Assembly (NCBI GenBank): GCA_016871255.1
Contig: VFZH01000004.1
Span: 567-64,566 of the forward strand
From: Acidimicrobiia bacterium
Lineage (GTDB): Bacteria > Acidobacteriota > Vicinamibacteria > Vicinamibacterales > UBA2999
Length of the DNA stretch: 64,000 nucleotides
Direction of reading: 5' to 3'
Under the pieces are notes generated by a model that saw only the letters and a program-made list of their open reading frames with translations, made no database searches and was not told the origin of the DNA. Positions 20,001 to 29,508 of the stretch are shown here, one piece after another (the first letter of the stretch is position 1; every line of letters starts with the position of its first letter). A program made the translations under genes and the position numbers.

Positions 20001-20621
20001 CTCGGCCTGCGGCGGGAGCCGGAAGCCGACGGCGCGGCCGAGGATGGCGCGGCCACGGACGGCAGCCGCACCGGAGGCCCCGAGTCCCGGCCTGCCCCGG
20101 CCATCCGGCGGCCGGCCGTCGAGGACGTCGCGGTGGGCGGCATCGTCTCCGGCGTACGCCCGCTCCGAACGCGCAAGGGCGACAGCATGTGCGTGTTCGT
20201 CCTCGACGACCGCGACGGCAGCATCGAGGTGATCGTGTTTCCCGACGCGTTCTCCACCTTCGGCCGCATCGTGGAGAACGGAGCCGCCGTGATCGTGAAG
20301 GGACGGCTCGAGCGGGACGCCGAGTCACCGCGGCTGGTCGCCGCCGAGGTGATGCCGATCGAGTCCCTCCCCGAGAAGCTGGCCACGACGGTGGCCATTC
20401 GCCTGTCCACGCCGCCTCACGGCCGCTCGACGTTCGAGCAGTTGTGGGACGTGCTGGCGCTCCACAAGGGCGATCGGCGCGTGGCGATCGACCTGACCGA
20501 TCGTGAACGGGATCTGCGCGTGCGCGTGGACGTCAACCCGACCATCCGTGTCCGGCCGTCGGCCGAGCTCGTCTCGGAGGTGGAACGGATCTGCGGGGAA
20601 GGGTCGGTGTCGCTGCGATGA
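17028..20621 (+). CDS. dnaE: DNA polymerase III alpha subunit
   Basis: 1197 aa. N-terminal PHP domain (FVHLHLHTEFSLLDGA), polymerase core (GLLKMDFLGLSTLT, YGFNKSHS) and a C-terminal OB fold. Confidence 0.96.
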   Translation: MAEFVHLHLHTEFSLLDGACRIDELLDEAVRLRMPALAVTEHGNMFSSVVFHDHARARGLKPILGCEVYVAGGSRFDRSGSQTETNHLVLLAETSEGYANLIRLVSAGYTEGFYYRPRIDRELLAAHAKGLIGLSSCLKGEVASALRVDQYARGLDAAARLRDILGRENFFLEMQYQGIDEQQIVNRHLVPMARDLDLDLVCTNDVHYLRQGDHQPHDILLCIGTGKTVSDAQRLRYTGDQFFLKTAEQMAAVFGDIPDALKNTVAIAERCNVTIPSGENHLPSFDVPEGVTPEAYFEQVTREGFAARLDRLRHLAACGRLRHTIEEYERRLDYEIAMIKTMGYQGYFLIVWDFIRYAREQGIPVGPGRGSAAGSLVAWCLRITDVDPLDFELIFERFLNPERVSLPDIDVDFCERRRGEVIEYVTRKYGRENVAQIITFGTMKAKAVVRDVGRALDMPYAEVDRIAKQIPAALDMTLDKALAENPALREMAERDAKVREVLDIGRRLEGMSRHASVHAAGVVIAPGPITDYAPLYKGQRDEITTQWNMKEVERVGLLKMDFLGLSTLTLIRDALDEIRRTEGVDLDIDAVPLDDPKTFEVFGEGQTYGIFQFESSGMRELLRKAKPTRLDDLIALNALYRPGPLRSGRVDDWIACKQGRKAVRYELPQLEPILADTYGVIAYQEQVMHIAQVLAGFSLGQADVLRKAMGKKDPAVMAKQRESFMEGASGQGISATKAAKVFEEMEHFAGYGFNKSHSTPYALLAYQTAYLKANYPWHFAAALLTIESQNTDKLAMYLGECRERGIPILPPDVNESRLRFSVEPGRGVRFGLTAIKGLGESAAAAILDARGALGGRIPALHALCEILDMRIANKRVFEALVKAGACDSLAPDDGAAPLGLRRARLHAAIDPACEHGQRTQRDRALGQSDLFGGGAGVEARAANVPLPDAGPWSEVELLNCEKDTLGFFLTGHPIDRWAADLREFGARSIADLGLRREPEADGAAEDGAATDGSRTGGPESRPAPAIRRPAVEDVAVGGIVSGVRPLRTRKGDSMCVFVLDDRDGSIEVIVFPDAFSTFGRIVENGAAVIVKGRLERDAESPRLVAAEVMPIESLPEKLATTVAIRLSTPPHGRSTFEQLWDVLALHKGDRRVAIDLTDRERDLRVRVDVNPTIRVRPSAELVSEVERICGEGSVSLR

Positions 20622-20657
20622 CGCGACCGGCCTCGCGCGGGGCGGCTGAGGGAGGCC

Positions 20658-21620
20658 ATGCCACCTGACACGCTGGACTTCGAGGCGCCCATCGCCGTCC
20701 TGCTCAGGGAGATCGAGGACCTGTCGAAGCTGCCCTCGACGCCCGAGCGCGACCGCGCGATCGAGGACCTCCGCACCCGGGTCGAGTCGATCCGGATCGA
20801 TCTCTACGCACACCTCCGCCCCTGGCAGCGCGTGCTCGTCGCCCGGCATCCGGCGCGACCGACGGTGCTCGACTACGTCAGCCACCTCTTCGCCGACTTC
20901 ATCGAGATCGCGGGCGATCGCCGGTTCGCCGACGACCGGGCGATCATCGCCGGCCTCGCCACGTACAAGGGGGAACCGGTTCTCGTCGTCGGCCACCACA
21001 AGGGGGGAGGAGACACGGCGCAGAAGATCCAGCGGAACTTCGGGTACGCGCGGCCGGAAGGATACCGGAAGGCGCTGCGGGCGATGAAGCTGGCCGAGAA
21101 GTTCGGCCGGTCCGTCGTGGTGTTCGTCGACACGCCGGCGGCGTACCCGGGCGTCGAGTCCGAAGAGCGGGGTATCGCCGAGGCCATCGCCTACAACCTG
21201 CGCGAGATGGCGGCCCTCACCGTTCCGATCGTGGTGGTCGTGCACGGCGAGGGGGGCAGCGGCGGCGCGCTCGGCATCGCGGTGGGCGATCGGATCCTGA
21301 TGCACGAACACGCCGTGTACAGCGTGATTCCTCCGGAGGGCTGCGCGGCGATCCTCTGGCGGAACGCGGAGCGGAAGGTCGAAGCCGCCGAAGCCCTCAA
21401 GCTGACGGCTCCCGATCTGCTGCGCCTGGGCCTGATCGACGAGATCGTGCCCGAGCCGCCCGGTGGGGCGCACGCGGACGGCGCCGCGGCCGCGGCCCTG
21501 CTCGACGAACCGCTCGAGCGCGCCCTGCGCGACATCGGCGCCCTGGACCCGGACACGCGCGCCGAGCGCCGCTATCAGAAGTTCCGGCAGATGGGCAGCG
21601 TCGGCATCACCGGCGAGTGA
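20658..21620 (+). CDS. accA: Acetyl-CoA carboxylase carboxyltransferase alpha subunit
   Basis: 320 aa with FVDTPAAYPGVESEERGIAEAIA and VVVHGEGGSGGALG motifs. Confidence 0.95.
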   Translation: MPPDTLDFEAPIAVLLREIEDLSKLPSTPERDRAIEDLRTRVESIRIDLYAHLRPWQRVLVARHPARPTVLDYVSHLFADFIEIAGDRRFADDRAIIAGLATYKGEPVLVVGHHKGGGDTAQKIQRNFGYARPEGYRKALRAMKLAEKFGRSVVVFVDTPAAYPGVESEERGIAEAIAYNLREMAALTVPIVVVVHGEGGSGGALGIAVGDRILMHEHAVYSVIPPEGCAAILWRNAERKVEAAEALKLTAPDLLRLGLIDEIVPEPPGGAHADGAAAAALLDEPLERALRDIGALDPDTRAERRYQKFRQMGSVGITGE

Positions 21621-21657
21621 CGTCCGGCACGGCGCGTGCAAGGCCGAAGAACGTCCG

Positions 21658-23379
21658 ATGACCTCCCGCATCTGGCACAGTGCCCCCTGCGATGACGTGG
21701 CCGCCTCCCGGCTGGCCGCCGAGCTCGGTGTCTCGCCGATCACGGCCCGCCTGCTCTGCCAGCGCGGGCTCGGCGATCCGGCAGACGCCCGGCGGTTCCT
21801 CTCGCCGTCGCTCGACGACCTGCACGACCCGTTCGCGCTGGCGGACATGGCGCCCGCAGTCGAGCGGCTGCTCGCCGCCATCGAGCGGGGGGATCGGGTC
21901 GCGGTACACGGCGACTACGACGTGGACGGCGTCACGTCCACCGTCATCCTGCGCCGGGCACTCGAACTGCTCGGGGCCAGCGTCGTCCACTTCATCCCGG
22001 AACGCCTGAAGGATGGCTACGGCCTGCAGCCCGCGGCGCTGGAGCGCCTTCACGCCGAGGGCGTCCGCGTCGTGGTCTCGGTCGACTGCGGCATCCGCGG
22101 TGTCGAGGCCGCCAAGCGGGCGCAGGACCTCGGGCTCGATCTGATCATCACCGACCACCACGAACCGGACGCGGAGATCCCGGATGCCCTGGCCGTGGTG
22201 AACCCCAAGCGCCGCGACTGCCGCTACCCGGACAAGAACCTGGCCGGTGTCGGCGTGGCGCTGAAGCTGGTCCAGGCCCTCTGCGCCAGGTCCGGGCGAT
22301 CGGCCTGGCTGCCCGCCTTCGTCAAGGTGGCTGCGATCGGAACACTGGCCGACGTCGTGCCGCTCGTCGGCGAGAACCGGGTGATCGCGAAGCTCGGGCT
22401 GGAGATGCTGTCGCAGGGCCCCAACAAGGTCGGGTTGCGCACCCTGATCGAGGCGGTCGGGCTGACGGGGCGAGAGCTCGACAGCTACCACATCGGGTTC
22501 GTGATCGCGCCGCGCGTCAACGCGGCGGGCCGCATGAGCACGCCCGACATCGCCGCGCGGCTGCTGCTGGCATCGGACGAGTCGATGGCCGGCGAGGCGC
22601 GGGCGCTTGCGGAACAGCTCAATGCCGAGAACCTGCGCCGGCAGGAAGAAGAGGCGCAGATCGTGGCAGCGGCGCGGAAGGCCGCCGAACGCGACCCGGA
22701 GATCGGCGCCCGCACCGTCCTGGTCGTGGCGGGGGAGGGCTGGCATCGCGGCGTGATCGGCATCGTCGCGTCGAAGCTGGTCGACACGTTCCACCGTCCG
22801 GCCATCGTCCTGTCGATCGACGGGGACACCGCGCACGGCTCCTGTCGCAGCATCCCCGCCTTCGACATGCTGGCTGGGCTGGAGGCGTGTGCCCCGCTGC
22901 TGACGCGGTTCGGCGGGCACCGCCAGGCCGCCGGGCTGACGATGCCCGCCGATCGGATCCGCGAGTTCCGTCTGTGGGTCAACGAGCACGCCGATGGCAG
23001 GCTCGAGCCCGACGATCTCCGCCCGAGGCTGCGCGTGGACGATGCGTTGCCGTTCCGTGCGATCACGGGACAGGTGGTCTCGGAGATCGAGTCGCTCGCC
23101 CCGTTCGGGGCGGGCAACCCCAGACCGGTCTTCCAGGCCAGCCGTGTGGCTGTCGTGGACGGGCCCCGGCTCGTGAAAGACCGCCACCTGAAGGCCGCCT
23201 TCCGGCAGGACGGCCGGACGCTGCGCGGGATCGCCTGGAGGGCCGCGGAGCGCGAGGCCTTCGTGGCCACGCACCGCGACGCGATCGACCTGGCGTTCTC
23301 GGTGGCGCACGACACCTGGAACGGCGAGCGCCACGTGCAGCTCACGATCGAGGATTTCCGGGCACCGGACGCCGGGTGA
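21658..23379 (+). CDS. recJ: Single-stranded-DNA-specific exonuclease RecJ
   Basis: DHH family motifs VHGDYDVDGVTS, DCG and ITDHHEP, plus the DHHA1 motif FGGHRQAAG. I chose the internal ATG at 21658 of track ORF 21463. Confidence 0.93.
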   Translation: MTSRIWHSAPCDDVAASRLAAELGVSPITARLLCQRGLGDPADARRFLSPSLDDLHDPFALADMAPAVERLLAAIERGDRVAVHGDYDVDGVTSTVILRRALELLGASVVHFIPERLKDGYGLQPAALERLHAEGVRVVVSVDCGIRGVEAAKRAQDLGLDLIITDHHEPDAEIPDALAVVNPKRRDCRYPDKNLAGVGVALKLVQALCARSGRSAWLPAFVKVAAIGTLADVVPLVGENRVIAKLGLEMLSQGPNKVGLRTLIEAVGLTGRELDSYHIGFVIAPRVNAAGRMSTPDIAARLLLASDESMAGEARALAEQLNAENLRRQEEEAQIVAAARKAAERDPEIGARTVLVVAGEGWHRGVIGIVASKLVDTFHRPAIVLSIDGDTAHGSCRSIPAFDMLAGLEACAPLLTRFGGHRQAAGLTMPADRIREFRLWVNEHADGRLEPDDLRPRLRVDDALPFRAITGQVVSEIESLAPFGAGNPRPVFQASRVAVVDGPRLVKDRHLKAAFRQDGRTLRGIAWRAAEREAFVATHRDAIDLAFSVAHDTWNGERHVQLTIEDFRAPDAG

Positions 23380-23452
23380 CACCGCGTCCGCCTTTCCGTG
23401 ACGCTGCCGGTGGACCAGGTGAAGGGCGGTCCGCGGGCTGCTATTCTGAGTC

Positions 23453-25654
23453 GTGAGCATGCGATGGCAGCAGCGCGCGCGACTCGGGATCGCCCTGGCC
23501 GGGGCGGGCTTCGCCGGGACGCTGTACTTCGCCATCGGCGAGCGGCAGGCCCGCGTGGCTCCGGCGCCACCCGACCGGCTCGACCCCACGGCCATCGTGG
23601 AATCATCCGGCGCCGTCGCGCGGCAGATCCGCGGCGTCAAGGAGCACTACCGGGTCCAGGCCGAGCACCAGCTCAGCTACGAAGGTGGCTCCTCCAGGGC
23701 CATCAACGCCGAAATCACGGTCCGCGCTCGCGGTGGCCGTGACTTCGTGATCACCGGCCGGGAAGCCCGCGTCGGGGAAGACCAGTCCTCGATCGAGGTT
23801 GGCGGCGACGTCACGCTGGCGGCCAGCGACGGGTTCCGCATGTCCACCGGGGCAGCCGCGTTCACCGAGAGCGACGGCCTCGTCCGGGCGCCCGGGGCCC
23901 TGACGTTCGGGCGCGGGCGCATGTCGGGCAGCGGCACCGGGATGACGTACGACAAGAACGGCGATGTCCTCAGCATCAGCGAAAGCGTGCACATCGCCTT
24001 CACGGACGAGGCGGGCGCCGTCACGATGGAGCTCGAGGGCGGGTCGGCTGTCTTCCACCGCGGGCAGCACCTGGTCGAGGCCGCGGGCGGCGTGCGGACG
24101 CTCCGCTCCGGGCAGACGATCGAGGCAGACGCCGCCACGGCGATGCTGAACGAGACCGACGAGTTCGTCGTCGGCATCGAACTCCGCGGCGCGGCACGTG
24201 TCGTCGGGGGATCGGGCACGTTCGACTCGATGCACGCCGATGCGATCACGCTCGACTACACCGACGACGGCGCGGCCCTGGAGCGGGTGTCCCTGGCGGG
24301 CCAGGCAGCCGTGGCGCTCCTCGGGCCTGACGGTGGTCCCGGCCGACAGATCACCGGAGAGCGACTGAACGTGACCGTGGCCCCCGACGGGGCGATCACC
24401 GCCCTCGATGCCAGCGGTGGCGTCCGGCTGGATCAGCCCGGGTCCGCGCAGACCGTCAGGCGCACCATCACGGCTGGAACGTTGCGCGCCACCGGCGAGC
24501 CCGGCGCCGGGCTCACGCTCGCCCGGTTCGACGACGCCGTCGAGCTCAGGGAGGCCGCGGACGCGCCGGGTGTCCGCCCCCGCGTCGTACGGGCACGCAG
24601 CCTCTCCGCCTCGCTGACCGGCGATGGCATGTCGGGCGCGGTGTTCACGGGCACGGTCGTCGTGGACGACGAGAACCTCAGCGCGGCGGCGGGCCTCGCC
24701 GACTACGATCCTGTCGCGGGATCCCTCTCGCTGAGCGGCGTGGAGGCAGGGTTGCCGCCGCGCGTCGAGGACCGGCTGGTGTCGGTCACGGCCACCACGA
24801 TCGACGTTGCGCTCGAGACGCATCGCATGGCGGCGTCCGGCAACGTGCGGACGGTGTTGCAGCCGAAGGCCGAACCGGGCGACCCGGATCTGCCAGGCCT
24901 GCTGTCCGGCGAAGGCGCCGTCAACGTCAACGGCGGCACGCTGCAGTACGACGGTGACGCCGGCCGGGTCCGCTATGCCGGTGACGTGCAGCTCTGGCAG
25001 GGAGACACCACGATCAGAGCCGATCAGCTGACGCTCGATCGCGCGTCGGGCGACCTGCTGGCCGCCGGCAACGCGCGGTCGACGTTCCTCCTGGACGGGG
25101 CGGCGGCGATCGGCCGGGCGGAGCAGATTCGCTACGCGGATGCCGAGCGACAGGTCGAGTACGGTCCCGCTCCTGTCGTGGCGCCGGCCGGAGCGGCGGT
25201 CACGACCCCGACGGCGCCCGCGTCACCGGCGGGTGCGCCCACCACTGTCCGGTCGCCGCTCGTCAAGGCGCCGGCGGCGGCCGCAGGGGCTGGTGCAGGC
25301 ACCATGGCGCGCGTGAGCACGACGCACGGCGATCTGCAGAGCGATCGGATCGTGCTGGCGTTGCACGCGAGCGACGCAAGGCTGGATCGGCTCGAGGGGT
25401 ACGGCCGCGTGCAGCTCACCCTCGAGACCCGCACGGCCGGCGGTGGGCGGCTGACGTACTTCGCCGCTGACGAGCGTTACGTGATCTCCGGATCGCCGGG
25501 CGAACCGGTGAAGGTGGTCCAGGGCTGCGACGAGACGATCGGCAAGACGTTGACCTTCTTCAAGGCCGCCGATAGGATCGTCGTCGACGGCGGCCAGGAG
25601 ATTCGCACGCAGACGAAGAGCGGCGGAACGTGCCCGCAGGCCGGTTCGCCCTGA
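23453..25654 (+). CDS. LptC/LptA-like fusion: membrane-anchored protein with multiple OstA-like repeats (733 aa)
   Basis: Single N-terminal TM segment ([18 protein letters not shown]). This is followed by repeated OstA/LptA-like beta-jellyroll sequence, e.g. [23 protein letters not shown] and the C-terminal [27 protein letters not shown]. It occupies the lptC-lptA position directly upstream of lptB-rpoN. Confidence 0.75.
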   Translation: MSMRWQQRARLGIALAGAGFAGTLYFAIGERQARVAPAPPDRLDPTAIVESSGAVARQIRGVKEHYRVQAEHQLSYEGGSSRAINAEITVRARGGRDFVITGREARVGEDQSSIEVGGDVTLAASDGFRMSTGAAAFTESDGLVRAPGALTFGRGRMSGSGTGMTYDKNGDVLSISESVHIAFTDEAGAVTMELEGGSAVFHRGQHLVEAAGGVRTLRSGQTIEADAATAMLNETDEFVVGIELRGAARVVGGSGTFDSMHADAITLDYTDDGAALERVSLAGQAAVALLGPDGGPGRQITGERLNVTVAPDGAITALDASGGVRLDQPGSAQTVRRTITAGTLRATGEPGAGLTLARFDDAVELREAADAPGVRPRVVRARSLSASLTGDGMSGAVFTGTVVVDDENLSAAAGLADYDPVAGSLSLSGVEAGLPPRVEDRLVSVTATTIDVALETHRMAASGNVRTVLQPKAEPGDPDLPGLLSGEGAVNVNGGTLQYDGDAGRVRYAGDVQLWQGDTTIRADQLTLDRASGDLLAAGNARSTFLLDGAAAIGRAEQIRYADAERQVEYGPAPVVAPAGAAVTTPTAPASPAGAPTTVRSPLVKAPAAAAGAGAGTMARVSTTHGDLQSDRIVLALHASDARLDRLEGYGRVQLTLETRTAGGGRLTYFAADERYVISGSPGEPVKVVQGCDETIGKTLTFFKAADRIVVDGGQEIRTQTKSGGTCPQAGSP

Positions 25655-26379
25655 TGTCCACGCTGCGCACGAGTGAGCTGACCAAGTCCTACGGGGGGCG
25701 CACGGTCGTCAGAGGCGTCAGCCTCGATGTCGCCTCCGGCGAGATCGTCGGCCTGCTCGGGCCGAACGGGGCGGGCAAGACGACGACCTTCTACATGACC
25801 GTCGGGCTGACGTCGCCCGATTCCGGACGGGTGCTCCTGGACGGCGAAGACCTCACCGATGCGCCCATGTATCTCCGGGCCCGGAAGGGAATCGGGTACC
25901 TCCCGCAGGAACCGTCGATCTTCCGCGGCCTCACGGTCGAACAGAACATCCTCGCGATTCTCGAGACGCTGCCGCTCGGCCGCGCCGAGCGGCGGGAGCG
26001 CGCGGCGGAACTGCTCGCCGAGCTGAACCTGACGCCGCTCGCGAAGGCGCCGGCTCACACGCTGTCGGGTGGTGAGCGCCGCCGGGCCGAGATTACGCGG
26101 GCGCTCGTGATCGCCCCGCGCGTGATGCTCCTCGACGAGCCGTTCGCCGGCATCGATCCCATCGCCATCTCGGAGATCCAGAAGATCATCTTCCAGCTCC
26201 GGGAGCGCGGCATCGGCGTGCTGGTCACGGATCACAACGTCCGGGAAACCCTCCGCATCACCGATCGCGCCTACATCGTCCACGACGGGGTCATCTTCAG
26301 GAGCGGCACACCCGGGTCGCTGGCAGCCGACGACGAGGTACGCCGGATCTACCTCGGCACCGAGTTCCGGCTCGACTGA
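25654..26379 (+). CDS. lptB: LPS export ABC transporter ATP-binding protein
   Basis: Walker [12 protein letters not shown], signature LSGGERRR, Walker [13 protein letters not shown]. The ATG overlaps the upstream stop by 1 nt. Confidence 0.95.
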   Translation: MSTLRTSELTKSYGGRTVVRGVSLDVASGEIVGLLGPNGAGKTTTFYMTVGLTSPDSGRVLLDGEDLTDAPMYLRARKGIGYLPQEPSIFRGLTVEQNILAILETLPLGRAERRERAAELLAELNLTPLAKAPAHTLSGGERRRAEITRALVIAPRVMLLDEPFAGIDPIAISEIQKIIFQLRERGIGVLVTDHNVRETLRITDRAYIVHDGVIFRSGTPGSLAADDEVRRIYLGTEFRLD

Positions 26380-26492
26380 TGGCGTGGTTTCCGGCCGATT
26401 GGCGACAGACCGCGGTGGATTGTCCCGCACGTCCCGCGGCAAAACCCCCTAGAATGGGGCTGGGCTCCGGCCGTGCGGAGCCCCGCTGACGC

Positions 26493-27920
26493 ATGGCCAT
26501 CCAGCAGAAGCTGCACACGAAGCTCGTTCAGAAGCTGATTCTGACACCGTCGCTCCAGCAGGCGATCAAGCTGCTGCCGATGTCGACGCTCGAGCTGTCG
26601 GAGCTCCTCAACCAGGAGATGGTCGAGAACCCGATGCTGGAGGAGGTCCCCACCGAAGACCTGCAGGCCACCGAGACGCCCGCGGAGAAGACCGACGAGG
26701 AGGCCAAGCCGGCCGAGCAGAAGACCGACACGTGGGACGACCAGGACTACGAGTACTTCTTCGGCGACTACCTCGACGACGGCTACCGTCCCAGCACGCC
26801 AACCGAGGTCAAGGACCTGCCGCCGATCGAGAACACGCTCTCGACTTCCACCTCTCTCGCCGACCACCTGCTCTGGCAGCTCTCGATGCAGACCACCGAG
26901 CCGCTGATGCGGGAGATCGGCGAAGCGATCATCGGCAACCTGGATGACGATGGCCAGCTCGTCGCCACCATCGAAGAGATCGCCTCCATGGGGCCCTGGT
27001 CGACCGAAGAGGTGGAACGTGCGCTCGCCCTCGTCCAGGCCTTCGATCCGATCGGCGTCGCCGCCCGCGACCTGCAGGAGTGCCTGACGCTGCAGATCGC
27101 CCACCTCGGCCTGTCGGGAACCCCCGCCGAGCGGATCGTCACCGAACACCTCCGGCTCCTGCAGAATCACCAGATCCAGGAGCTGTCTCGGAAGATGGGG
27201 ATGAGCATCGACGAGCTGCGCGAGCCGATCGAGATCATCCGCCATCTGGATCCCCGGCCGGGCAGCCGCCTCAACCCCGCCGCATCGCAATACGTGATTC
27301 CGGACGTCTACATCGCGAAGGTCGAAGACCAGTACGTCGCGATGCTCAATGAAGAAGGGCTGCCGCAGCTCCGCGTCAGCCCGGTGTACCGCCGCCTGCT
27401 CGAGAAGAACGCCGAGTCGTCGGACGAGACGCGCGCCTACGTGAAGGACAAGTTCCGTTCGGCCCTCTGGCTGATCAAGTCGGTGGAGCAGCGCCAGAAG
27501 ACGATCCACAAGGTCGCCACCAGCATCATCAACTTCCAGCGCGATTTCCTGGACAACGGCATCGAGTACCTGCGGCCGCTGGTGCTGCGTGACGTGGCCA
27601 ACGACATCGGCATGCACGAGTCCACCGTGAGCCGCGTCGTCACGAACAAGTACATGCACACCCCGCAGGGCGTGTTCGAGATGAAGTACTTCTTCCACAG
27701 CGGCATCTCGAGCCATTTCGGCGAGCAGGTCTCGTCGGTCACCATCAAGCAGCGCATCCGGAAGATCATCGACCGGGAAGATCCGCGAAAGCCGCTGAGC
27801 GACTCGAAGATCGTGAACATCCTGCAGCGCGAGGGGCTCGAACTGGCGCGTCGCACCATCGCCAAGTACCGTGAAGAGCTGAAGATTCCCACGTCGAACC
27901 AGCGGAGAGTGCTGTACTAG
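26493..27920 (+). CDS. rpoN: RNA polymerase sigma-54 factor
   Basis: 475 aa with a Gln/Leu-rich N-terminus, HTH region LRDVANDIGMHESTVSRV and RpoN box ARRTIAKYR. Confidence 0.95.
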   Translation: MAIQQKLHTKLVQKLILTPSLQQAIKLLPMSTLELSELLNQEMVENPMLEEVPTEDLQATETPAEKTDEEAKPAEQKTDTWDDQDYEYFFGDYLDDGYRPSTPTEVKDLPPIENTLSTSTSLADHLLWQLSMQTTEPLMREIGEAIIGNLDDDGQLVATIEEIASMGPWSTEEVERALALVQAFDPIGVAARDLQECLTLQIAHLGLSGTPAERIVTEHLRLLQNHQIQELSRKMGMSIDELREPIEIIRHLDPRPGSRLNPAASQYVIPDVYIAKVEDQYVAMLNEEGLPQLRVSPVYRRLLEKNAESSDETRAYVKDKFRSALWLIKSVEQRQKTIHKVATSIINFQRDFLDNGIEYLRPLVLRDVANDIGMHESTVSRVVTNKYMHTPQGVFEMKYFFHSGISSHFGEQVSSVTIKQRIRKIIDREDPRKPLSDSKIVNILQREGLELARRTIAKYREELKIPTSNQRRVLY

Positions 27921-27943
27921 ACGACCGCCGCCGACCCGCTCGC

Positions 27944-28507
27944 ATGCGCCTCGAACTGACCGCCCGACACCTCGACCTGCCGCCCGGGATGCGCCGCGCG
28001 GTCCAGGCCCACCTGGCACGACTCCAGCGCGTGCTGAACGACAGTGCGCTGTCCGCGCAGGTGGTGCTCACGCGCGAGCGCACCCGTCTCACCGTCGAGA
28101 TGACGCTGCACGCGCGTGGAGAGCACTTCCTGCACGCCCGGGCGACGGGACGGGACTGGCAGACGGCCCTCGATACGGCCGCCGGGAAGGTCTCCCGGCA
28201 GGCCGCCCGGTTGAAAAGCCGGTGGAAGGAGCGCAAGCGCCGCGGTGTGCCGGCATCCCGCGTGACCGCGGCGCCTCCGGGGGAGAAGACGCCACGCCGG
28301 CCGCCCGGGACACGTTCGGGCGATGACGTGCGGGTGGTGCGCGCGCGGACGTATTCGGTCCGTCCGATGTCCGTCGAGGAGGCCGTGCTGGAGCTGCAGG
28401 ACGGGACGAACGCGTTCCTGGTCTTCCGCAATGCGGCGACCGACGCCGTCTCGGTGCTCTACCGGCGTCCCGACAGGCACCTCGGCCTCATCGAACCGGA
28501 AGCCTGA
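27944..28507 (+). CDS. hpf: Ribosome hibernation promoting factor (long form)
   Basis: S30AE/RaiA N-domain (LELTARHLDLPPGMRRAV...) plus a C-terminal dimerisation domain (KPMSVEEAVLELQ-like: RPMSVEEAVLELQDGTNAFLVFRN). Confidence 0.9.
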   Translation: MRLELTARHLDLPPGMRRAVQAHLARLQRVLNDSALSAQVVLTRERTRLTVEMTLHARGEHFLHARATGRDWQTALDTAAGKVSRQAARLKSRWKERKRRGVPASRVTAAPPGEKTPRRPPGTRSGDDVRVVRARTYSVRPMSVEEAVLELQDGTNAFLVFRNAATDAVSVLYRRPDRHLGLIEPEA

Positions 28508-28518
28508 CCCTCCGAACC

Positions 28519-29508
28519 ATGACGGCGCCGGGAATCAGCGTCGGCGACCTGCTGAGCGGCCGTCCGGACGTCGCCGGCATGCAGACGTCGCTGCTCGCGG
28601 GCCGCGCCGGGCTGTCCCGCCGGATCCGGAATCCCCACGTGCAGAAGACCGGCCTGGCGCTGGCCGGGTTCGACGAATACCTGAAGCCGGGGCGCGTGCT
28701 GGTGCTGGGCGAGAGCGAAGTCCGGTACCTGCAGAGCCTGCCCCCGTCCAGCCGGACCGGCGCCCTCGATCGGGCGCTCGGGCACGACATCCCGTGCATC
28801 CTCGTCACCGGGGACCTCGCGCCGCCCCGGGAACTGCTGGATGCGGCCGATGCGCACGCCGTGCCGCTGCTGTGCACGCCGATGACGACGCCGCTCGCCA
28901 TCGCCCGGCTGGGCGCGCTGCTCGACGACGTGCTGGCGGTCCGTCAGACCATCCACGGCGTGCTCCTCGACGTGCTGGGCCTCGGCATCCTCATCGTGGG
29001 GGAGAGCGGCATCGGCAAGAGCGAATGTGCCCTCGACCTCGTCGCCCGCGGCCATCGGCTGGTCGCAGACGACACCGTCGAAGTCCGGCGCCGGAGCGAA
29101 TCGAGCGTCATCGGAGCGTGCCCCGCGCTCACCCGCCATCACATGGAGATCCGCGGGCTCGGGTTGATCAACGTCCGGGATCTCTTCGGGGTGGCGGCCA
29201 CGCGCGCCGCCAAACGCGTCGAGCTGGTCGTCCAGCTCGAGCGCTGGGACCCCGGACGGGAGTACGATCGCCTGGGCCTCGACGAGCGGACGTACGACCT
29301 GCTCGGCGCCGCCATTCCGCTGCTCAGCATGCCCGTCGCGCCGGGCCGGAACGTGGCGATCCTGGTCGAAGTCGCGGCCCGGAACCAGTTGCTCCGCGCG
29401 CGCGGTCTGAACGCCGCCAGGGCGCTTGCGGAGCGGCTCGAACGGCAACTGGACGATGCCAGTGACCTCGAAGACGACGAAGGCTCCGAACCGGCGGACG
29501 ACGACTGA
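28519..29508 (+). CDS. hprK: HPr kinase/phosphorylase
   Basis: P-loop GESGIGKSECALDL, with HRLVADD and EIRGLGLINVRDLFG motifs. Confidence 0.93.
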   Translation: MTAPGISVGDLLSGRPDVAGMQTSLLAGRAGLSRRIRNPHVQKTGLALAGFDEYLKPGRVLVLGESEVRYLQSLPPSSRTGALDRALGHDIPCILVTGDLAPPRELLDAADAHAVPLLCTPMTTPLAIARLGALLDDVLAVRQTIHGVLLDVLGLGILIVGESGIGKSECALDLVARGHRLVADDTVEVRRRSESSVIGACPALTRHHMEIRGLGLINVRDLFGVAATRAAKRVELVVQLERWDPGREYDRLGLDERTYDLLGAAIPLLSMPVAPGRNVAILVEVAARNQLLRARGLNAARALAERLERQLDDASDLEDDEGSEPADDD

